Assembly (NCBI GenBank): GCA_050692015.1
Contig: JBOGTE010000002.1
Span: forward strand, 1 to 50,244
DNA length: 50,244 bases
Direction: 5' to 3'
From: Candidatus Limnocylindria bacterium
Lineage (GTDB): Bacteria > Chloroflexota > Limnocylindria > P2-11E
Every line of letters begins with the position of its first letter. The first letter of the stretch is position 1. Positions 1 through 7,325 of this stretch are shown piece by piece. Under the pieces are notes generated by a model. It was not told where the DNA came from. It was given only the letters and a program-made list of their open reading frames with translations, and searched no databases. A program made the position numbers and the translations under genes.

Positions 1-2
1 CG

Positions 3-201
3 CACGTCCCGCGCTACGCCGCCGCTCACGTGCCCCTCGTCGGCGAGGACGGCAACGCCTTCGCGATCCTCGGCCGCACACGCCGAGCGCTCAAGGCGGC
101 AGGCGCAAGCCGCGACGAGATCGACGCGTTAACGCGGGAGGCGACCGCCGGCGATCACGACCACCTGCTCGCTACCGTCATGCGCTGGGTCGACGCCGAA
201 T
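3..201 (+). CDS. Hypothetical protein, C-terminal fragment (5' end outside window)
   Basis: Frame 3 reads ...HVPLVGEDGNAFAILGRTRRALKAAGASRDEIDALTREATAGDHDHLLATVMRWVDAE, stop TGA at 199-201. The 4-nt ATGA overlap (198-201) with the next ORF implies translational coupling. Family not recognised. Confidence 0.45.
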
Positions 202-880
202 GAGAGAATCCAGGCACTCGATGGTCACGACGCTCACTGACCTGCAGGCTTACGGGGATGAGTTGGCCGCGCGCATCGACGCCGGCTTCAAGAGTCACCC
301 GGAGCTTCCCGACCACCGTAAGGAGCATCCCTGGCTAACGGGCTGGCTGGGCGATTCCCGCGCGAAAGTCTGGTTCGTCTCTGAGGCGGCCAGCGCCTGG
401 CGTGTGAACCGCGCGGATCCCAACGGCGACGGGCTCTTCACCGTCGAGAGCCAGTGGGCCGTGAGCCCCGGAGACAAGGTGTTCCGGGAAGCGCTGGCGA
501 AGGCAGGCTTCAAGGATCGCCCTGCCGATGGCCCGGGCGGCTGGCACTGCTACATGACGGTCCTCGCGAAGTCGCATATCCAGTACGCGGACCGTGATCA
601 CGAGCAGCGGCAACAGCTCTTCAAGCTGTGGGCGCCGGTCTTGGCCTGGGAGCTGGCCCAAGGGAGGCCGCCGGTCATCGCCGCGATGGGCTCGGCCACC
701 GCCAAGGCTCTGCGCATGCTGACCGAGCTCGGGCTCATCAAGATCCCGGGCAAGGTGGTCGAGATCTGGAACTACGGCTACCTCATGCGACCTGGGCCGA
801 AACAGACCCCGCCAATGGACCCGGCGCGCATCGCTGCGTACGAGGAGCAAGTGGCCGGGGTGGCGCGACTTGGCTTCTAG
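200..880 (+). CDS. Hypothetical protein, possibly UDG-superfamily-like fold with divergent motifs
   Basis: 226-aa ORF, ATGA-coupled to the upstream ORF. Segments VWFVSEAAS...KVFREALAKAGF...WHCYMTVLAKS...PPVIAAMGSATAKAL...VVEIWNYGY line up with the order of UDG family-4 elements (motif A GEAPG, aG-l helix, vyitNvvkC strand, vivaLG..A strand, motif B HPS), but the catalytic residues are not conserved. Inference only. Confidence 0.5.
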   Translation: MRESRHSMVTTLTDLQAYGDELAARIDAGFKSHPELPDHRKEHPWLTGWLGDSRAKVWFVSEAASAWRVNRADPNGDGLFTVESQWAVSPGDKVFREALAKAGFKDRPADGPGGWHCYMTVLAKSHIQYADRDHEQRQQLFKLWAPVLAWELAQGRPPVIAAMGSATAKALRMLTELGLIKIPGKVVEIWNYGYLMRPGPKQTPPMDPARIAAYEEQVAGVARLGF

Positions 881-1292
881 AGCGAAGAGCCCGGCCGAGG
901 TTGATGCTCTGCTCGCCAGCTTGCCGGCAGACCTGAGCACGCTCTTCGGTCGAGCAACGCCGCAGACCGGCTATTGCTGCTGGAAGGCAGGCCGAAGGAA
1001 CTGGCTGCAGTGGAACGACCCGGGCGACTCTGCGCGCAAGCAGCTGGAGAACACGCAGGGTGAGATGCGGAGCTGGGAGTTATTCGCGCGGTTCGCGCGC
1101 CAACCCAGCTCGGCGTGGGAGAAGCCGGCGAGATACGAGGCATGGAAGTGGATGCCTTCGGGTGACGACGTTTGGGGCTGCACGCGTGCCGGGTTGGTTG
1201 CGTTCCCCGGCGACATAGCCCAGCTCAAGGCGCGGCTGATCGCTGACCTCACCGCCTCCCACGATTACTCGCAAGGCGAGTACGGCTCCTGA
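870..1292 (+). CDS. Hypothetical Trp-rich protein (TTG start)
   Basis: 140-aa ORF from a TTG start overlapping the previous stop by 11 nt. Third-position GC is about 78% against about 62% overall, which supports coding. No family recognised. Confidence 0.35.
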   Translation: MASRAKSPAEVDALLASLPADLSTLFGRATPQTGYCCWKAGRRNWLQWNDPGDSARKQLENTQGEMRSWELFARFARQPSSAWEKPARYEAWKWMPSGDDVWGCTRAGLVAFPGDIAQLKARLIADLTASHDYSQGEYGS

Positions 1293-1404
1293 GCCGCGTT
1301 GCTCGCCGGCAGCGAACGCCTCACCACCTACCCGGTGCTGGCGTCAGCCCGACGATGCAGCGCGAGGCCGCCGCGGCCTTCGATGCGGTGCCCGGAGCGG
1401 AGCG

Positions 1405-2196
1405 ATGATCACCAGCCTCGGTCGTCAGGCCACGGCCCGTTCGCTTGATACTCGTCGGATGGACGAACCTCGAGACTTGACCGTGATCTTCGTCGCCGAG
1501 TCGTTCGTCTCCGACCTCTTTAATCCAAACGAATGGCCCGCTCCGACCAAAGACATCGTGTCATCCTGCGCCAGCGAGTTGACAGTTCTCAGGCATTCCG
1601 CCGTGCGAATCGGCGAACTATGCGCAAACCGCCAAGTGCTGACCGACGGATACGCGCGCTCCCTTGAGCAGCAATGGCGAGTGGGTCAGTGGGATTGGAC
1701 GCGGGCCACGTACTTCGCTCAGGTGCCCGAACTTCACCTCACCATCGAGGCCTTCTTCTCAAGCCTCAAGGCCCTGCTGGATCTCATCTCACAGATGTAC
1801 AGGAGTGAGGATGTGGTAACGCCTTCGCTCGACGGATTTCACCGGCAGGGCGCCGTCTATGGCGGCAAGGTACTCAACGTCTTGAAGAGGAACACTGTCA
1901 AAGGCCGAGAAGAGGTGGCGTCCGCGATCTCTGATGTCATTTTGGCCGCGAAGGCAGAGTGGATTGATGACGCGATTCAGGCACGGGACGACCTGGTGCA
2001 TCCCCCTCGAGGTGCCGGGCAGCTGATGTTTGTCCTGAGGCTTGCGGAGCTAGAAGGCCGCCTTGAGATCGTCGAGGTCCTGCCGCCGTCGATCGCGGGG
2101 ACGCCGATCGACGAGTACGCGATTCGCGGCGTGGAGCGAATGACATCGTTTGGCAGAGCAGTGCTTGACCTTCTGAAGCCCGAGAGGGCGGCTTGA
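1405..2196 (+). CDS. Hypothetical protein of foreign (lower-GC) origin with a C-terminal R-x4-H (HEPN-like) motif
   Basis: 263-aa ORF in a roughly 58% GC block against about 70% around it. GGAGCGGAGCG lies ahead of the ATG, and a 17-codon uORF overlaps the start by ATGA (1405-1408). The motif ARDDLVH near the C-terminus is an R-x4-H pattern. No Walker or other recognisable catalytic motif. Confidence 0.6.
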   Translation: MITSLGRQATARSLDTRRMDEPRDLTVIFVAESFVSDLFNPNEWPAPTKDIVSSCASELTVLRHSAVRIGELCANRQVLTDGYARSLEQQWRVGQWDWTRATYFAQVPELHLTIEAFFSSLKALLDLISQMYRSEDVVTPSLDGFHRQGAVYGGKVLNVLKRNTVKGREEVASAISDVILAAKAEWIDDAIQARDDLVHPPRGAGQLMFVLRLAELEGRLEIVEVLPPSIAGTPIDEYAIRGVERMTSFGRAVLDLLKPERAA

Positions 2197-2209
2197 GCGG
2201 CCCGCGCGA

Positions 2210-2230
2210 CTCCGGACCCTGTCCCCGGAG
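2210..2230 (+). terminator. GC-rich hairpin directly after the 1405-2196 ORF (possible terminator)
   Basis: CTCCGGACcctGTCC-CCGGAG forms a stem of about 10 bp and begins 14 nt after the TGA stop. The downstream T-tract is weak (ttgcgcg). Confidence 0.3.
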
Positions 2231-2355
2231 TTGCGCGATGATCCTGACCCCTGCGAGTACCCCAGTTGCACGGAACGGACCCCGACCCAGCGGTACGGAT
2301 CGGGCCGAGTCTCCCAATGTTGGGTCGCATCGGGACGCTGCGGACTCATCCGGTG

Positions 2356-2414
2356 ACGCCTTGAAAACCGCTGAGGCCGCAAGGCCTCCGTGGGTTCGAA
2401 TCCCACCCCCTCCG
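2356..2414 (+). other. tRNA-Ser(UGA) 3'-half fragment, putative attachment-site remnant of an integrated element
   Basis: Anticodon loop cTTGAAAa (UGA), a long variable arm GAGGCCgcaaGGCCTC, T-arm GTGGGttcgaatCCCAC and acceptor 3' strand CCCCTCC-G are all present. The matching 5' acceptor strand (GGAGGGG) and a D-arm are absent upstream, so this is not a complete tRNA. The 3' end resembles tRNA-Ser(GGA) at 49871-49953 but is not identical. Confidence 0.6.
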
Positions 2415-2541
2415 CAGTCTAGAAATGACGCGGAAGGCCCGCTCTTAACTGGAGAGGGCCAGAGCAAGCGAGTTAGGCGAGCCAGGCGCCGAAGGGAACC
2501 GTGACGTTAGTGAAGAGAACAAGCGCCGGGCGATCGACCTC

Positions 2542-3057
2542 ATGGGCGAAGAGTGCCGCGCGATCGAGGCGCTGTTCCGGTCGCTTTCAGCATCGCAGCT
2601 CGACCTTCCTGTCTTCGGCGAGGGCCAGGGCTGGCGGGTAAGGGACATCCCCGCACATCTCGCGCTCTGGCAGTGGGTCGCGACCCGGGTCGCCGAGAAG
2701 GTCAGCGAGCGTGGCCAGCTCCCTGACACGCCGGACTGGGACATCTGGGCGGGGATCGAGACGCCGACGGATGAGCTCAACGACGAGAACTTCCGCGACT
2801 GGAGGGATCGTCCGGTCGAGGACGCGCTGGGCCGTCTGGCGTACGTTCACGCCGAGATGATCCGTGCCGTCGAGCGATTGACGCCTGAACAGATCGCGTC
2901 CGGGACGGCGCTGCCCGATGAGCTTCAGCCGTTCTTGCGGGCGCCGGGCGTCAGGCACATCCGCGCGCATCGAAAGCAGATCGAGTCCGCCCTCGGCGGG
3001 ACCGAGATCCTGAGGGAGGGCGGCTCGGCCACGAGCCGTCCGTCGGGCGTCACTTAA
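2542..3057 (+). CDS. DinB/YfiT-like four-helix-bundle protein (ClbS/DfsB DUF1706-like or MDMPI_N-like)
   Basis: 171 aa. WRVRDIPAHLALWQW resembles the 'W-x-v-kD-vlaHL-x-W' signature of this superfamily. The size is typical (about 170 aa). Confidence 0.45.
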   Translation: MGEECRAIEALFRSLSASQLDLPVFGEGQGWRVRDIPAHLALWQWVATRVAEKVSERGQLPDTPDWDIWAGIETPTDELNDENFRDWRDRPVEDALGRLAYVHAEMIRAVERLTPEQIASGTALPDELQPFLRAPGVRHIRAHRKQIESALGGTEILREGGSATSRPSGVT

Positions 3058-3071
3058 CGTAGAATGACTGC

Positions 3072-3299
3072 ATGACCATTAAAATGACCGCTTCGGCCGC
3101 CAAGGCGAAGATCCTCTCCCTGCTCGACGACGTTTCCGCCGGCCAGGAGGTCGAGATAACCAAGCACGGCCGCGTGGTCGCGAGGCTAGTGCCGGCTACC
3201 GGGCCGCACGCTCTCAAGGGGGCCCTCGTCGGTGTCGCTATGACTGCTGACAAGGAAGAGGATCTGTTCGCCACCGGAGCGAGCTGGGACCTGCCATAA
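3072..3299 (+). CDS. Type II antitoxin, Phd/YefM family
   Basis: MTIKMTASAAKAKILSLLDDVSAGQEVEITKHGRVVARLVP is a textbook Phd/YefM N-terminus. TAGAAT lies 7 nt upstream of the ATG, so the transcript is probably leaderless. Confidence 0.85.
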   Translation: MTIKMTASAAKAKILSLLDDVSAGQEVEITKHGRVVARLVPATGPHALKGALVGVAMTADKEEDLFATGASWDLP

Positions 3300-3304
3300 G
3301 CACG

Positions 3305-3688
3305 GTCGTACTCGACAGCCACGTCGTCCACTGGTGGTCGGCCGAGCCCGCTCGGATCAGCGCCGCCGCCAGCAGGGCCATCAGCGGGGCGGATGAGCTC
3401 GCGGTCGCCGACATCTCGTGGTTCGAGCTCGCCTGGCTTGCTCGACATGAGCGGATCGTCGTGACGATCCCGATCACATACTGGCTTCGGCAGCTGGCAG
3501 CCCAGATCCACTCGATCCCCGTAACGCCGGCGATCGCGGCAACGGCGGTCGCCCTGCCATCGTCGTTCCCGGGGGATCCAGCCGATCGGCTGATCTACGC
3601 GACGGCGATCGAGAATGGTTGGCGGCTCATCACGAAAGACCGCGGGCTGCGCTCCCACCGCCACCCTCATCCCGTGGCCCTCTGGTAG
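3305..3688 (+). CDS. vapC: Type II toxin VapC (PIN domain). N-terminal boundary uncertain: no canonical start codon
   Basis: The frame reads VVLDSHVVHWW...ADISWFE...RLIYATAIENGWRLITKD, which has the PIN acidic residues. It stays open back to 3251, but the only in-frame start-like codons upstream of the conserved N-terminus are CTG (3284) and ATA (3296-98, ATAA-overlapping the antitoxin stop). The first GTG, at 3455, would delete the PIN N-terminus. Confidence 0.6.
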   Translation, partial: VVLDSHVVHWWSAEPARISAAASRAISGADELAVADISWFELAWLARHERIVVTIPITYWLRQLAAQIHSIPVTPAIAATAVALPSSFPGDPADRLIYATAIENGWRLITKDRGLRSHRHPHPVALW

Positions 3689-3759
3689 GCGATCACGCGA
3701 GGCCTATCGCGCGCCTGCACTCGCAGGCCGTCCATTGACGGCGGTCTTGGCGATCCGGC

Positions 3760-4422
3760 CTAGGCGGTCGGCTGCGAAGGCAGGCCACCGTTCGTACGGT
3801 GGTCGACCAAGATCTGGTGAGCGACCTCGTCGCTCACGTCCGAGAAGTCCTCGTACCACACTGACAGCGAGGTGATGCCGGGCACGACCTCCAGGATCAC
3901 GACGTCATCCGCCTCCTGATCGAAGGCGTCGACCACGGCGGCTTTGGCCACGGGGACGGCGAATAGGAGCCGCCGCGGCTGCCGCAGACGCAGCTCACCC
4001 AACGCGGCACGCGCGACCAGGCCATCGATCACGCCCTCGGCCACGAGTATCGCGGTGCGACCCTCCAGCTCGACCGCGGGCCGATCCCCTCTAAGGCGGC
4101 GCTCTTCCTGCTCCGCCTCCTCCGACGCCCGCTGGGCCAGGGTGTCGAGGTCGTCGCCCGGTCGTAGCGCGCGGACCATGACCTCGTCCACCACTCTGAT
4201 CCCGCCGGGAGCCGCGGCGCCGATGACCACGTCGTGACGCGCGGACGCGGTGAGTGCGCGGGCGACGGCGATGTCCAGAGGAGCATCCATCTCCCGGGCC
4301 ACTTCGGCGGCCACAACGAGTCCTCCGCTGAGAAGCCCGACGATCGCCGGATGGTCGTCGCGGAAGGGGGCCAGAGCCTCCGTTAGGCGTTCGCCAGCTT
4401 CGCGCCGGTCGCGGAACTTCAT
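3760..4422 (-). CDS. Phosphoribosyltransferase-domain protein
   Basis: MKFRDRREAGERLTEAL...AIVGLLSGGLVVAAEVA matches the predicted-PRTase family N-terminus. The start was chosen at the MKF ATG (4422), not at the ORF-track extension up to 4719. Confidence 0.7.
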   Translation of the reverse strand: MKFRDRREAGERLTEALAPFRDDHPAIVGLLSGGLVVAAEVAREMDAPLDIAVARALTASARHDVVIGAAAPGGIRVVDEVMVRALRPGDDLDTLAQRASEEAEQEERRLRGDRPAVELEGRTAILVAEGVIDGLVARAALGELRLRQPRRLLFAVPVAKAAVVDAFDQEADDVVILEVVPGITSLSVWYEDFSDVSDEVAHQILVDHRTNGGLPSQPTA

Positions 4423-4490
4423 CGCCGTGACTGTACAGGCCGCTCGAGGCTGAGCGCCGACGTGATCGCCCCGTGCGATAGGGTCGGCGG

Positions 4491-5141
4491 GTGGAGAGAG
4501 TGGTCCTCTTCGACGTCGACAACACGCTCCTCGACAACGATCGCCTGAAAGCAGATCTCGCGGCCTCCCTCGCCTATGACCTCGGGGCCGGTCCGGCCGC
4601 TGACTTCGCGCGACTCTATGAGCAGGTGCGCATCGACGAGGACGGAGTGGTCGACTATCCGGAGACGCTGCGTCGGTTCGCGGCGAGGCACCCGGCGCTC
4701 GCGCACCGAGCGAACGCACTCATCAATGGGGTCGCGTTCGACGCTTACGTCTATCCGGGAGCGCTACGCGTCATCGCCGACTGCCGGGCGACGGGCAGGC
4801 CGGTGGTGCTCTCGGACGGCGACCCGATCTACCAGGTGGCGAAGATCGAGCGATCGGGTATCGCGGCCGCCGTTGCCGGCGACGTGCTCGTCTTCGACCA
4901 CAAGGAACGGCATGTCGATGAGGTCATTGGGCGCTTTCCTGCGTCTCGCTACTTGATGGTCGAGGACAAGGCGCCGACGCTCGCGCTGATGAAGGCGCAG
5001 CTCGGCGAACGACTGGTCACGGTGCACGTCAGACAGGGCCACTACGCCACCGAGGAGACTGCCGGCTTCGTCCCCGACTTCTCCATCGCTTCGGTCGGCG
5101 ACCTCGCGCCCGCGCGCATGATGGCAGGCGAGCTTGGCTGA
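4491..5141 (+). CDS. HAD-family hydrolase
   Basis: N-terminal FDVDNTLL is the DxDxT motif. Confidence 0.75.
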   Translation: MERVVLFDVDNTLLDNDRLKADLAASLAYDLGAGPAADFARLYEQVRIDEDGVVDYPETLRRFAARHPALAHRANALINGVAFDAYVYPGALRVIADCRATGRPVVLSDGDPIYQVAKIERSGIAAAVAGDVLVFDHKERHVDEVIGRFPASRYLMVEDKAPTLALMKAQLGERLVTVHVRQGHYATEETAGFVPDFSIASVGDLAPARMMAGELG

Positions 5142-5318
5142 GATCGTCTCAGCGCACCTCGTTGCGCGCCAGTTCCTGGGGTCGGGCCTGATCTCGTGAC
5201 TTGCGTTGCAGCTGCTTGCACCTGATCGCATTAAGAGTTGGCATCAAGTCTTCGCCGCGAGGCTCTTGGCACCGCCGGCGCTGATGCCACGATAGTGGGA
5301 TGATCGTATGGTCAACGT

Positions 5319-5630
5319 GTGCCACTGAAAAAGCGCCTCTCCGTCACGATCGACCCCGGGCTGCTCGCGGCCGGCCGAGTCGCGGTATCGCAAGGGCGCG
5401 CCGAGAATCTCAGCGCCTGGGTGAGCGAAGCGCTGCGCCGACAGATGGAGAACGACCGCCGTCTGGCGGCCCTCGACCGTGCCATCGGCGAGTACGAGGC
5501 GGAGCACGGCGTGATCACCGAGGAAGAGATGGATGAAGCCACACGCCGGCTTCGAGCGAGGGCCATCGTGATCCGCCCGTCGCCGAAACGGCGGACGGCC
5601 GCGGGCGGTCGCCGGCGGGGTGCCGCCTGA
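5319..5630 (+). CDS. Ribbon-helix-helix (CopG/VapB-like) antitoxin
   Basis: MPLKKRLSVTIDPGLLAAGRVAV...LSAWVSEALRRQ is an RHH N-terminus. The start is GTG, TATGGT lies 6 nt upstream (probably leaderless), and TGGCA/TGCCA repeats sit upstream. Confidence 0.7.
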   Translation: MPLKKRLSVTIDPGLLAAGRVAVSQGRAENLSAWVSEALRRQMENDRRLAALDRAIGEYEAEHGVITEEEMDEATRRLRARAIVIRPSPKRRTAAGGRRRGAA

Positions 5631-6118
5631 GCCTGGTCCTTGACGCGGGCGCGCTGGTCGCCCTGGAGCGCGGCGACCGGACCGTCATCGCGGCGGTCAA
5701 GAAGGAGCGATCCGGGGGCCGCTTCCCGGTGACCCACGGAGGGGTCGTCGGACAAGTCTGGCGAGGCGGCCGCGGACGCCAGGCGCGGCTCGCCAGCTTC
5801 CTACCCGGCTTCGACGTCCGTGCCCTCGACCGAGATCTCGGCCTTAGGGCGGGCGTCCTGCTGGGCAGAGCTGGCAGCGCCGACGTGATCGATGCCGCGC
5901 TTGTCGTCCTGGCCAAAGATGGCGACGAGATCCTGACCTCGGATCCCGAGGACCTGCGCGATCTGGCGATGGCCGCGAGCGCTCACGTTGAGCTGACGCC
6001 GGTCCAGACATCGCGCCGAGCGGCGGCTCGATCCCGCGCCCCGCGTCGACCGTCCGGTGCTACTGATCGATCTCCGCTACGGTCGGCGCGGTGGGGCACC
6101 CCTTCCGCATCGGCGTGA
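5627..6118 (+). CDS. vapC: VapC-like PIN toxin. The only start-like codon is CTG overlapping the antitoxin stop (CTGA)
   Basis: The frame reads LSLVLDAGALVALERGD...VIDAALVVLAKDGDEILTSDPEDLRDLA, PIN-like. There is no ATG, GTG or TTG in frame between the upstream stop (5534) and 5729. Confidence 0.55.
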   Translation: MSLVLDAGALVALERGDRTVIAAVKKERSGGRFPVTHGGVVGQVWRGGRGRQARLASFLPGFDVRALDRDLGLRAGVLLGRAGSADVIDAALVVLAKDGDEILTSDPEDLRDLAMAASAHVELTPVQTSRRAAARSRAPRRPSGATDRSPLRSARWGTPSASA

Positions 6119-6972
6119 AGCTCGCGGGCCAGGACACCACGGCCGAGGCGCTGCGCGAGGTCTGGCGTATCGCCGACGAGAGCGGCCTCGACCACGTCTG
6201 GTGCTTCGACCACGTCGCCGCGATCGGCGAGGGCGGCCCGGACCGCCCGGTCTTCGAGGGCTGGTCGCTGCAGGCGGCGATGGCCGTGGCCACCAAGCGC
6301 GTCCGTATCGGCTGCATGGTCACGGGCAACACCTACCGCCCGCCCTGGATGCTGGCGAAGATCGCCGTCACCGTTGACCACCTCTCCGGCGGCCGCCTCG
6401 AGTTCGGGATCGGCGCGGCCTGGGCGGAGGTCGAGCACCGGATGTACGACGTCGGCGGGCTCGACCACCGGGTCGGCAGGCTGAGCGAGTCCCTTCGCGT
6501 GCTGAAGATGCTCTGGACCGAGGACCGCGCTACGTTCGCGGGCCGCTACTACGCACTGAACGACGCGATCGGCAACCCCAAGCCCGTCCAGAAGCCGCAC
6601 CCGCCCATCTGGATCGGCGCGGGCGGAGACCAGCTCCTGCGGCTGACCGCACGCCACGCCGACGTCTGGAACGGCGCGGGTTCGGTCCCGACCCCGTCCC
6701 ATCCGGCGGCGAAGGAGCGGATCGTCGAGCTCAGCGAGAAGCTGGACGAGGCCTGCGCCGCGATCGGTCGCGACCCGGCCACGATCCGCCGCTCCATCCA
6801 GATGCCCTGGGACGGGAAGGACCGCGGCGCGCTCGTCGAGATGTCGGGCCGCCGCCTGGAGCAGGGCTTCACCGAGCAGATCGTGATGCTGCTCACGCCC
6901 GACGCGGTCCGGGTGGCGGGCGAGGTCGCCGAGACGCTCCCGGACCTGCGAAAGCTGGCGGCGCCGGCCTGA
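6091..6972 (+). CDS. LLM-class (luciferase-like) F420-dependent oxidoreductase
   Basis: 293 aa with typical LLM features: FRIGVKLAG..., GRLEFGIGAAW, HPPIWIGAGG. Confidence 0.75.
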   Translation: MGHPFRIGVKLAGQDTTAEALREVWRIADESGLDHVWCFDHVAAIGEGGPDRPVFEGWSLQAAMAVATKRVRIGCMVTGNTYRPPWMLAKIAVTVDHLSGGRLEFGIGAAWAEVEHRMYDVGGLDHRVGRLSESLRVLKMLWTEDRATFAGRYYALNDAIGNPKPVQKPHPPIWIGAGGDQLLRLTARHADVWNGAGSVPTPSHPAAKERIVELSEKLDEACAAIGRDPATIRRSIQMPWDGKDRGALVEMSGRRLEQGFTEQIVMLLTPDAVRVAGEVAETLPDLRKLAAPA

Positions 6973-7005
6973 GCCGGCCCGTGTAACGGCCGGCGGGCAT
7001 CCCGC

Positions 7006-7233
7006 TTGCATCACACTGGTCCCGTGGCCGAGCTGCGGACGCTCCAGCGGGAGTGCGCCCACAAGCGCTGGGAGTACCAGATCGCGCGGCAGGTGTACGA
7101 CGAGGTCACTCGCCTGGCCGTCGCCGACCGCACCGCCCTCGAGCGCGAGCTGAAGGAGGCGCTGGTCGCCTACTACGCGGCGCACGGCGCCCTGCACTCG
7201 GCGCTTCGCGGCTCCTCCGACCGCCTCCACTAG
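7006..7233 (+). CDS. Small hypothetical protein
   Basis: 75-aa predicted helical ORF between the LLM and permease genes. Confidence 0.35.
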   Translation: MHHTGPVAELRTLQRECAHKRWEYQIARQVYDEVTRLAVADRTALERELKEALVAYYAAHGALHSALRGSSDRLH

Positions 7234-7325
7234 GGCCAGTCGCCCCCCGGCGCCCCGCGCCCTAGACTCCGCTCGCTTCCTCGGCTTCTGAGCCGCTCCT
7301 TCTCGCTCGCGGTCCGGTGTGAGCA

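Noticed and set aside
7234-7325. Possible purine riboswitch upstream of the NCS2 permease
   Set aside because: The conserved purine-aptamer elements (UAUA...GGGA...UUUCUACC...CCGUAAAU) are absent from the leader.
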